From the NCBI RefSeq assembly GCF_055395405.1, contig NZ_AP038243.1: a DNA stretch of 24,000 bases. One strand, given 5' to 3'. Positions 1 through 7,852 of the stretch are shown in pieces. A model generated the notes under the pieces. That model did no database searches. It was not told where the DNA came from and was given only the letters and a program-made list of their open reading frames with translations. Position 1 is the first letter of the stretch; the number at the start of each line of letters is the position of its first letter. The position numbers and the translations under genes were made by a program.

Positions 1-218
1 TTGTTCTTTGTGGCTGTTTCATATAGTGCATAGTTAAAGTTACGTAGGTTATATAAAAAGCCATTTATCGAAAAGATTATATCCGGGTTTTTATCACGTA
101 GTTTTCCGTAAACTGCTGACGGCGTGTCTCCAGATTTTACCCATGCTGTAATGAGTTCACTTTCTCTAAGGATCAGACGATAGATTTCAGATTTCTCGTG
201 TGTGGTATTAAAACTCAT
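1..218 (-). CDS. hypothetical protein, N-terminal part only (gene runs off the window start)
   Basis: Hand reverse-complement: ATG at 218-216, preceded by AAGGA with a 7-nt spacer. The frame stays open for 72 codons to the window edge (MSFNTTHEKSEIYRLILRESELITAWVKSGDTPSAVYGKLRDKNPDIIFSINGFLYNLRNFNYALYETATKN). It is absent from the ORF track because it has no stop inside the window. I recognise no family. Confidence 0.4.
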   Translation of the reverse strand, partial: MSFNTTHEKSEIYRLILRESELITAWVKSGDTPSAVYGKLRDKNPDIIFSINGFLYNLRNFNYALYETATKN

Positions 219-889
219 CTCTCGGTCCTTAACTTCTTTGTCAATGAGATAAAAAATCATATTTCTATAATTTAGTCAACACTCTGTGCTACATGCGATA
301 TGGATATACCAGCAATATGCAATGCGTGAGAAAATGATGTTTTTATTGCATCATCTATGATGAGTGAAAACAACTAAAGTTGAAAGCTACACAAAACTGG
401 CCCCATAGTTATCGGGACTGAATACCATAAACCATTCATAGTCAAGCGTGTATTCAACCATATCAGTTAAACCGGTTTGACTGGCCTGAAAGTATCTCCA
501 TATCCGTTGTGATAATTTTGTTCTCTTTAGTGTAGAACTTTAAAGTAATGTGTTGAGAAGCTCAACTATATTAATAAAAATAAGATAGATTGAACAATTA
601 TAAACAATGTTTCAACTATTTTTATTGCGCGTTACCCCATATGAGATAAGCTCAATCATTACGTTATCTTGTATCAGTAAGTTCTACGGTGAATCATGCT
701 GATATTTGCGGGTTAGGCACCGCATCATTCACAAGAACCGTCGTATGAGTTTGTCATTTTGCTGCATTGTGACCTAAACCAGTAGTTTTCTTGTATCGCT
801 GTTTCCGCCTGTAGTTATGTCGCTCTTATGCCTGCTTATTATATGATTCATTGCTTGAAGCTCTTCAGTTTCCTCAAACTCTTCATGCT

Positions 890-1391
890 TTAGGGACACA
901 CATCAGCAATATGCGTCAGTAATTTTTTATTAATGTCTTCAAACAGTTCACACTCTACATGGGTCAGCGGGCTCCAGATTTCTTTCAGGTGCAGACTTTG
1001 TGCAATATTGACGTTCTGAATAAAGGACAGACCATCTGATGTCAGACTGATTTTTTTAGCACGGCGATCCTCTCTGCTATCAGTTCTTTCTATATACCCT
1101 GCTTTTTCTAAAAAATCTGTAATGCGGGTAATGTTTGTTCTGGTAAACTGGAGTTCTCTGCTTATCTTTGAGGGCGAAAGACAATGATTATCTGCTGTGG
1201 ATAATATGGTAAGAACCATATATGTTGAATAATTTATTCCATATCCACTGAGTAAACTCGATATATTATCCTGTATTTTTTTTGTTTACGCGGATACAGA
1301 GTTGTATCAACAGATGCTCCTGGCAGGGGTATTTTGGATCGTTGTTTTGTTGATGTTTGATTATTTTTTCTAATGAGTCTGTGTTGTTCAT
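890..1391 (-). pseudogene. MarR-family regulator of the PapX/SfaX/FocX type, split by a frameshift in an A8 homopolymer
   Basis: The track ORF 890-1219 (109 aa) carries the winged-helix core (LSPSKISRELQFTRTNITRITDFLEKAGYIERTDSREDRRAKKISLTSDG). An upstream ATG at 1391 opens a second frame (MNNTDSLEKIIKHQQNNDPKYPCQEHLLIQLCIRVNKK) that stops at 1266-1268, just after the A8 run (T8 on the + strand, 1276-1283). Deleting one A joins the two frames into one 166-codon ORF (...RVNKKIQDNISSLLSGYGINYSTYMVLTIL...). The PapX/SfaX resemblance is from memory. Confidence 0.7.
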
Positions 1392-1559
1392 ATAATCATT
1401 TCCATTTGCTGAAATACTTTGCCTTTATACAAAAGTGCATCAGACATGCGGTAAGCATCTACTTTTCACAACAAGTTATGTCTGCCAGATATCTGTATGA
1501 ATGAGACAACCAGGCAGAAAGGAAGGATAACTTCATTCGCATAAAAAAACATAAATGTT

Positions 1560-1934
<375 letters not shown>

Positions 1935-2020
1935 GTAAGCGACCCGTCAGAGACGTCTTCAGGCAGTCGAGTGAAAACGCTAACTTAGACGCCCATCTGA
2001 AACAGACGGACATCTAAGTT

Positions 2021-2431
2021 ATGGAATCTGAAACCCGGGCCTGGCGGACCGAACCCCGCCGCGTTTATTCCAGCGAATTCAAACTCAGGCTGGTCGAACT
2101 GGCTACCCGACCGGACGCCAATGTTGCGGATATTGCCCGTACGCACGGGGTCAACGATAACGTCCTTTTTAAATGGATCCGTCTGTGGCGTAAAGAAGGC
2201 CGGGTATTCCGCCGGCTGCCAGCTCCCGTTCCATCTGTATCCCCTCCTGCGGCATTTCCGGTCGAAATTGTACCTGACTCCACCACCCGGCAGTCTCCGG
2301 CTCTGTCTGGTCAGGGAACGGGGTCAACCTGCTCGCTGACGCTTCGCCACGGCACCCTCACACTCGACAATCCTGACCCGGAGATACAGCTCCGGATCGT
2401 CCGCGAACTCGCCGGCAGGAGCACAGTATGA
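2021..2431 (+). CDS. tnpA: IS66-family accessory protein TnpA
   Basis: A 136-aa ORF, first gene of the IS66 element, 86 nt from the left end. It has the helix-turn-helix-like N-terminus typical of IS66 OrfA (RRVYSSEFKLRLVELATRPDANVADIARTHGVNDNVLFKWIRLW). Confidence 0.85.
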   Translation: MESETRAWRTEPRRVYSSEFKLRLVELATRPDANVADIARTHGVNDNVLFKWIRLWRKEGRVFRRLPAPVPSVSPPAAFPVEIVPDSTTRQSPALSGQGTGSTCSLTLRHGTLTLDNPDPEIQLRIVRELAGRSTV

Positions 2432-2775
2432 TTACGCTTCCGGCTGGCAGCCGTATCTGGCTCGTGGCCGGCATCACCGACATGAGAAACGGCTTCAACG
2501 GTCTGGCCGCAAAGGTCCAGAACACCCTGAAGGATGACCCGATCTCCGGCCATCTCTTCATCTTCCGGGGACGCAGGGGCAGGCTGGTAAAACTCCTGTG
2601 GGCAGACAGCGGAGGGCTCTGCATCTATATGAAAAGACTTGAACGGGGAACGTTCATCTGGCCGGTCGCCCGGGAGGGAAAGGTGTATCTGACCCCGGCA
2701 CAGCTTGCCATGCTGCTGGAGGGTATAGTCTGGATGCAACCGGGAAGGTCGAAAAGTAATAGTCTGCGGATCTGA
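2428..2775 (+). CDS. tnpB: IS66-family TnpB
   Basis: A 115-aa ORF with the hallmark IS66 Orf2 sequence (IWLVAGITDMRNGFNGLAAKVQNTLKDDPISGHLFIFRGRRGRLVKLLWADSGGLCIYMKRLERGTF). It is translationally coupled to tnpA through ATGA. Confidence 0.9.
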   Translation: MITLPAGSRIWLVAGITDMRNGFNGLAAKVQNTLKDDPISGHLFIFRGRRGRLVKLLWADSGGLCIYMKRLERGTFIWPVAREGKVYLTPAQLAMLLEGIVWMQPGRSKSNSLRI

Positions 2776-2794
2776 ATCCCTTTACCTGGGCAGG

Positions 2795-4446
2795 ATGAAA
2801 AATATCCCGCTTCCTGATAATATCGACCAGCTGAAAGCCCTGTTGCGTCAGCAGCAGGTTGCTGTGTAACAGCTAAATGTTACCATGAAAAAGCAGCAGG
2901 CCCGGCTGCGCCAGTACGCCGGACAGGTTGCCGACTACGAACAGGAAATCGAACGGCTGAAGGCACAGCTTGATAAGTTGATAAGCTGCGGCGGATGCTG
3001 TTCGGGCAGAGTTCAGAGAAAAGCCGCAATAAACTGGAAAATAAAATCCGCCAGGCAGAGAAGCGGCTGGCTGAGCTGGAAAACCGTCTTGCAGCGGCAA
3101 AACGCTGTCTGCAGGACGATGAGCCCACTGTCAGTACGGTTGAGCAGGCAGAGCCCCCGGTGGCGGTCGCCCCACAGGACCGGCCTGCACGCCGCTCCCG
3201 TCGTCAGAAACTGCCGGCAGACCTGCCACGTGAAACCCGGCGCATCACCCCGACAGTGACTGTCTGCCCGAAATGCGGCGGCGACCTGAAGGTGATGAGT
3301 GAAACCGTCTCAGAGCAACTGGAGATAATCCGCAGCGCCTTTAAGGTCATCGAAACGGTGCGCCCGAAGCTGGCCTGCAGCCGCTGCGATGTGATAGTCC
3401 AGGCCCCACTCCTCCCGAAACCTCTGACCCGCAGTGTGGCCGGTGCGGGCCTGCTGGCCCGCATCCTGGTGAGTAAATACTGTGACCATACCCCGCTGCA
3501 TCGTCAGTCCGTCATCTTCAGCCGCCAGGGTGTGGAACTGAGCCGAAACACGCTGGTCCGGTGGGTGGCGATGACCGCAGAACGACTCAGTCCCCTGCAC
3601 GATGCGCTGAACCGCTACGTGATGGAGAGCAGCAAACAGCACACGGACGATACCCCGGTGAAAGTGCTGGAGCCGGGGAGCGGTAAAACCCGGACGGGCC
3701 GGCTGTGGGTGTATGTTCGTGATGACCGCAATGCCGGGTCAGCGTTGGCACCTGCAGTGTGGTTCGCTTACAGCCCGGACAGAAAAGGCATCCATCCGCA
3801 GACTCATCTTGCTTGCTTCAGCGGTGTGCTGCAAGCGGATGCGTACGCCGGGTTCAACGAGCTGTATCGCAATGGTGGGATAACGGAAGCTGCCTGCTGG
3901 GCTCATGCCCGCCGAAAGATCCACGATGTGCACGTCCGCATCCCGTCAGCACTGACGGAAGAAGCCCTGGAGCAGATCGGTCAGTTGTACGCCATAGAGG
4001 CGGATATAAGGGGAATGCCGGCAGAGCAGCGGCTTGCTGAACGTCAGCGAAAAACGAAACCGCTGTTGAAATCCCTGGAAAGCTGGTTGCGTGAAAAGAT
4101 GAAGACCCTGTCGCGACACTCAGAGTTGGCGAAGGCGTTCGCGTACGCACTTAACCAGTGGCCGGCACTGACGTACTATGCGAACGATGGCTGGGTGGAA
4201 ATCGACAACAACATCGCTGAAAATGCCCTGCGGGCGGTAAGTCTGGGTCGTAAAAACTTCCTGTTCTTCGGCTCTGGCCATGGTGGTGAGCGGGGAGCGC
4301 TACTGTACAGCCTGATAGGGACGTGCAAACTGAATGACGTGGATCCAGAAAGCTACCTTCGCCATGTGCTTGGCGTCATAGCAGACTGGCCGGTCAACCG
4401 GGTCAGCGAACTGCTTCCGTGGCGCATAGCACTGCCAGCTGAATAA
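2795..4446 (+). pseudogene. tnpC: IS66-family DDE transposase TnpC, interrupted by a premature TAA and an 8-bp tandem duplication
   Basis: The ATG at 2795 opens MKNIPLPDNIDQLKALLRQQQVAV, which stops at TAA 2867-2869. The same frame resumes in track ORF 2885-3259 ([32 protein letters not shown]...). After a perfect TTGATAAG/TTGATAAG duplication at 2970-2985 the reading shifts into the frame of track ORF 2995-4446 (483 aa; zinc-finger CPKCGG...CSRC, DDE region, ...[24 protein letters not shown]). Removing 8 bp restores ...[18 protein letters not shown]..., a typical TnpC N-terminal coiled coil. Confidence 0.85.
2970..2985 (+). repeat. perfect 8-bp tandem duplication TTGATAAG-TTGATAAG inside tnpC
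   Basis: Read directly: 2970-2977 and 2978-2985 are identical. The duplication accounts exactly for the shift between the 2885 frame and the 2995 frame. Confidence 0.9.
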
Positions 4447-4483
4447 CACATCCCCGTCAATACGGCCCTCGCTGTACGCTTAC

Positions 4484-4766
4484 AATGAGTCTTCTGGAAA
4501 CAGCAAAGCGTAATGGTCTGGAGCCACATGCCTGGCTGACGGACGTACTGACGCGCCTGCCGGAGTGGCCTGAGGACCGACTGGCTGAGCTGCTGCCTCT
4601 TGAGGGATTTACCTTCTCCGGGTGACACAACACCTGCCGTCAGGTCTTTGCACACCGGGCCATGGCCTGCTGTCGGGCGTTGAGCGCCTGACAGCGGGTT
4701 ATTGAGAAAGTCAGTCACCATGCGCCTGGCTGACAGTCAGGACCTGCACGTCAGCGCCTCCCTTAC
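4484..4766 (+). mobile_element. second IS66-family remnant (3' end of a different tnpC plus a putative right end)
   Basis: Directly after the IS66 right end, 4485-4625 reads MSLLETAKRNGLEPHAWLTDVLTRLPEWPEDRLAELLPLEGFTFSG*. This is the conserved extreme C-terminus of IS66 transposases, but it differs in sequence from the copy ending at 4446. A possible terminal repeat, ...CGTCAGCGCCTCCCTTAC, ends at 4766. That end point is inferred and weak. Confidence 0.55.
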
Positions 4767-4973
4767 CCTGGTCAGGACTTCACTGCCTGCCACAAACTCC
4801 CGTGTCAGTACTTCGCGGCCTGACGCGCTCACCCTACTCAGTCCTTCAGAGCCCGCCTCCGGTACCTGGCAAGGCAGACGCCGGGGCGCAATAAAATAAA
4901 TCAACCATCGCAGGGCGGCGATCATTCGCAACAACCGCTGATGACGAGCCCAGAAACGTGTCAAGACGATTTC

Positions 4974-5105
4974 ACCGGAACCGTTTACCCCAAGCAGAGC
5001 GGCAATAGATCCGCCTGGTACTGTGAAGGATGCATCGCGCAGTGCTTTCTGCCCGTTTCGCTAGGTGACAGTAACGCCATTAACGACAATACCCGCAGAT
5101 TGCAT
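4974..5105 (-). pseudogene. sitB: sitB remnant (Mn/Fe ABC transporter ATPase): premature stop and 3' truncation
   Basis: The reverse strand from the ATG at 5105 reads MQSAGIVVNGVTVT*RNGQKALRDASFTVPGGSIAALLGVNGSG. There is an in-frame TAG at 5063-5061. Similarity ends inside the Walker A motif: GSG is followed by E, not K, at 4973-4971. The ATG lies 2 nt after the sitA stop, as expected in the sitABCD operon. No sitC or sitD is present in the window. Confidence 0.75.
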
Positions 5106-5107
5106 CA

Positions 5108-6022
5108 TTACTTCTCCCTTTTCCCGGCTTTAATTCCCTGCACCAGCGTACTGGTAGTAACCTTCAGAAGGTCGATATACGTAGGTACCGGGCCGTTTTC
5201 TGTGCTCAGGGAATCGACATAGAGCACACCGCCGTAGTGTGCGCCGGTTTCACGCGCAACCTGACGCGCTGGTTTATCGGAAACCGTACTCTCACTAAAT
5301 ACCGCTGGGATATTATTTTTCTTCACTATATCAACCACTTTACGTACCTGCTGGGGTGTTCCTTGTTGATCGGCATTTATCGGCCACAGATAAAGCTCTT
5401 TTAGCCCCAAATCGCGTGCGAGATAAGAAAAAGCCCCTTCACTGGTGACCATCCATCTTTTATTCTCAGGGAGTTCAGCAATCTGCTTACGCAGGGGGGC
5501 AAGGGTTTGGGTAATCTTGGCTTTATAAGTATCGGCATTACGTTGGTATGTTTTTGCATTTGCCGGATCGTATTTTATCAACGCATCACGAATATTATCG
5601 ACGTAAATCAAAGCATTATCTGGCGACATCCAGGCATGAGGGTTAGGTTTTCCCTCGTAGGGGCCTTCGGTGATCCCTACTGGCGTCACACCCGAAGAGA
5701 CAATCACTTCTGGAACCCCACTGAGATGCTGGTAAAAGCGCTGGAACCACAATTCCAGATTCATACCGTTGGCGAGAATCAGTTGTGCCCCCTGCGCACG
5801 TTTAATATCGCCAGGGGTAGGCTGATACTCATGAATTTCTGCACCGGGCCTAGTTATGGATGAGACTTCTGCAGCATCTCCAGCCACGTTTTTGGCCATA
5901 TCTGCGATGATGGTAAATGTTGTAATGACCTTGAATTTTTCAGTTGCACTCGCCTGAAATGCTATCGAGCAGGTGAGGGCGAGGCACCCCAGGAGCATGG
6001 TTACTTTTTTTATTGAGTGCAT
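5108..6022 (-). CDS. sitA: periplasmic Mn(II)/Fe(II)-binding protein SitA (cluster A-I substrate-binding protein)
   Basis: An intact 304-aa ORF with a signal peptide (MHSIKKVTMLLGCLALTCSIAFQASA) and TroA/PsaA-type metal-binding protein sequence (KVITTFTIIADMAKNVAGD...HEYQPTP...NPHAWMSP...). Fur and MntR boxes lie upstream, and a sitB remnant follows. Confidence 0.9.
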   Translation of the reverse strand: MHSIKKVTMLLGCLALTCSIAFQASATEKFKVITTFTIIADMAKNVAGDAAEVSSITRPGAEIHEYQPTPGDIKRAQGAQLILANGMNLELWFQRFYQHLSGVPEVIVSSGVTPVGITEGPYEGKPNPHAWMSPDNALIYVDNIRDALIKYDPANAKTYQRNADTYKAKITQTLAPLRKQIAELPENKRWMVTSEGAFSYLARDLGLKELYLWPINADQQGTPQQVRKVVDIVKKNNIPAVFSESTVSDKPARQVARETGAHYGGVLYVDSLSTENGPVPTYIDLLKVTTSTLVQGIKAGKREK

Positions 6023-6054
6023 AATTCAGTACCTATAGTGAGTAAAATTAGAAC

Positions 6055-6076
6055 AAACATAGCAACGGCTATGTTT
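6055..6076 (-). promoter_or_regulatory. MntR operator (perfect inverted repeat AAACATAGC-N4-GCTATGTTT)
   Basis: Read directly at 6055-6076, 33 nt upstream of the sitA start. It matches the MntR box described for mntH and sitABCD promoters in enterobacteria. Confidence 0.8.
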
Positions 6077-6097
6077 TATAGCATAAGCTATACACAA

Positions 6098-6116
6098 TGC
6101 AAATGATTATCATTAG
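6098..6116 (-). promoter_or_regulatory. Fur box upstream of sitA
   Basis: The reverse strand ACTAATGATAATCATTTGC matches the 19-bp Fur consensus GATAATGATAATCATTATC at 15 of 19 positions by hand alignment. Confidence 0.75.
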
Positions 6117-6205
6117 TAATTCAGACCCCAACACAGGCATTAGGTTGTTTCCTGCTGGCGATGTGGTATTGAGGAAAAGCGTAGGACAGATATCAGGCTT
6201 TGAAA

Positions 6206-6490
6206 GTAAGTGTTAAGTTAAGCGAACGCCGTATTGACGCTTACCCCAATGGGAGCACCATATTCCATGGCAGGAGTTCATCAACCATGCAGGAAGGCCA
6301 TTCCGGTAGAACGTTCAGGATATGGCGCAGATACGCTTCCGGATCGATACCGTTCAACCGACAGGTTCCGATTAGTCCGTACAGCAGGGTACCACGCATT
6401 CCCCCCAGGTCAGTTCACGAATTAACACAGTGAGCAGTTCTGGTGAAGAATTTTCCAGCGTCATTTTACCGTGACGGAACGAGATCTTTC
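6206..6490 (-). mobile_element. third IS66-family remnant (3' end of tnpC and right terminal repeat), inverted relative to the other two
   Basis: The reverse strand of 6405-6241 reads GGMRGTLLYGLIGTCRLNGIDPEAYLRHILNVLPEWPSCMVDELLPWNMVLPLG*. It is followed by ...CGTCAATACGGCGTTCGCTTAACTTAACACTTAC, ending at 6206; compare CGTCAATACGGCCCTCGCTGTACGCTTAC of the complete copy. Upstream of 6406 the frame is broken (NS*TDL). The 5' limit near 6490 is approximate. Confidence 0.7.
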
Positions 6491-6999
6491 AGGCACCTGC
6501 ACTGACAGTGCTGTGTGAAGGAGTGGATAAAAGTGGAGTAAGAGCCACCATCGGTTCTTTCTGCTCATCCGGAGTGAGCTCTACAGGTAATAATTCAACG
6601 CCAGCGCCAGTAAAGGATAGTTAATTTTCATATCTTATCCACCTCCCGGATTATTATGCGATGTTAATTAAAGTGGTGAAAGAATGACAGTAATCACAGA
6701 AAATAAAAATAACAGACAAAAGACTTTTACTTATTTGATCGTAATATTATCTTAATTGTTCTGGTATTTTTTAGTGTTTTTTTGAAATGTCTGTTACGTG
6801 AGAAATTTTTTAAATAACAGCAGGAAATGACGCATACAGGTTGTGTGACTGAGTGGATTCTGTGTTGGTATAAAAAGCGAACGTTTACAGTTTTGTCAAA
6901 TTTTTTGATTATGAATGTCAGAAATATCTGGTCAATTGATGGTGTCGACTCAACGATAATAGTTTCTTCATTATCTGTTATCGTTTAACGAGGTTTTTT

Positions 7000-7434
7000 A
7001 TGCCAGCAAGAATAAATATGTTCTTTACCAGACTGACAGACTACCCGGATACAGGTCTTCTGTTGCTGAGACTGACATTTGGTATATTGATGCTGTTCCA
7101 TGGTGTGGCCAAAATAGAGCACGGTGTCAACTGGATTATATCAATGTTGCAGGATGCTGGTTTGCCAGGATTTATTGCCTATGGTGTGTATATTGGTGAA
7201 ATCGTGGCTCCGGTACTTATCATTCTTGGGATATTTACCAGACCTGCTGCTCTGATTTATGCGCTGACACTGATTGTTGCCACGCTTCTGGTCGGAACAG
7301 GGAAGTTTTTCACACTGACTGAAGTAGGGGCGTGGGGGCTTGAAAATGAAATGCTGTATTTCATGGGGGGGATTGCCATTATGTTACTTGGTCCGGGGCA
7401 GTATTCTGTATTAACCAGGACATCACTGAGATAA
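7000..7434 (+). CDS. DoxX-family inner-membrane protein
   Basis: A 144-aa ORF with a GAGG Shine-Dalgarno 8 nt upstream. It has four hydrophobic segments and the DoxX-like motif LLLLRLTFGILMLFHGVAKI. Confidence 0.75.
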   Translation: MPARINMFFTRLTDYPDTGLLLLRLTFGILMLFHGVAKIEHGVNWIISMLQDAGLPGFIAYGVYIGEIVAPVLIILGIFTRPAALIYALTLIVATLLVGTGKFFTLTEVGAWGLENEMLYFMGGIAIMLLGPGQYSVLTRTSLR

Positions 7435-7558
7435 AGGTTTCCATCTGATTACAGACAGTGTCCTCCGGGGAGTTATAACAAAAAGTGCGCGATCCCGGCA
7501 ATGAAGGCAAACACGTCATGACAGCAACGCAAAATAAACCAGGAACGCGCAGTATTTT

Positions 7559-7852
7559 TTATCCCGAATGAAAGCGATTGTCCATATCCGGTAATAAATA
7601 TTCAGCAGTATGTAAAGTGCGGTTTGCCCGGTTCTGGTGGAGGGGCTCCAGATAGACATCATCAACAAACACACACGGGAAGTTATCCACCGGGCAGCCT
7701 GCACGGTCAGCCATATCCCGCAGCGTCACACTGTGCTTCGCGACATCAATAAACACAACATCCGGTTCCATTTCATCGGGGATTCGCGTTGCGTGATGCA
7801 TGATGCGATGGACTGAAGGGCAGTGCCGGTAACCAAAAACACGTATACGCAT
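7559..7852 (-). CDS. glutaredoxin-like thioredoxin-fold protein with a single-cysteine CPSV site
   Basis: A 97-aa ORF with a strong AGGAGG Shine-Dalgarno 5 nt upstream. By eye it aligns to GrxA/NrdH-type proteins: MRIRVFGYRHCPSV in place of ..FGRSGCPYC, then VVFIDV...TLRDMADRAGCPVDNFPCVFVDDVYL in place of ...DL..KAGKPVETVPQIFIDQQHIGG. Confidence 0.55.
   Translation of the reverse strand: MRIRVFGYRHCPSVHRIMHHATRIPDEMEPDVVFIDVAKHSVTLRDMADRAGCPVDNFPCVFVDDVYLEPLHQNRANRTLHTAEYLLPDMDNRFHSG

Larger units (their letters stand above)
1935..4483 (+). mobile_element. IS66-family insertion sequence (2549 bp) with tnpA-tnpB-tnpC organisation; tnpC is disrupted
   Basis: The left end is GTAAGCGACCCGTCAGAG at 1935. 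The right end is ...CGTCAATACGGCCCTCGCTGTACGCTTAC, finishing at 4483. Both termini share GTAAGCG in inverted orientation. The three-ORF layout is typical: tnpA stop and tnpB start overlap as ATGA at 2428-2431, and tnpC starts 19 nt after the tnpB stop. The flanking 8-mers differ (gattttac versus aatgagtc), so no target-site duplication is retained. Confidence 0.85.

Noticed and set aside
219-889. 670-bp AT-rich gap between two minus-strand genes, with small dyads (AAACCGGTTT at 470-479; GTTCT-N9-AGAAC near 524)
   Set aside because: I found no ORF, repeat array or RNA-like structure that I can support. The short palindromes are within chance expectation for AT-rich DNA, so this is probably an H-NS-type silenced intergenic region.
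2311-2739. 142-aa and 88-aa ORFs on the - strand inside the IS66 element, plus the 3204-4150 minus-strand set
   Set aside because: They are antisense to tnpA, tnpB and tnpC, and the GC-rich IS sequence gives open frames on both strands. I recognise no family.
6200-6433. 77-aa and 63-aa + strand ORFs
   Set aside because: They are antisense to the clearly recognisable IS66 TnpC C-terminal fragment on the - strand.
6581-6631. 16-codon ORF (MKINYPLLALALNYYL*) on the - strand with a very strong GGGAGGTGG Shine-Dalgarno at a 7-nt spacing
   Set aside because: It looks like the start of a signal peptide whose gene has been frameshifted and cut off near the third IS66 remnant. A +2 frame continues ELLPVELTPDEQKEPMVALTPLLSTPSHSTVSAGA*, but I recognise no family. 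It is most likely a decayed gene stub rather than a functional micropeptide.
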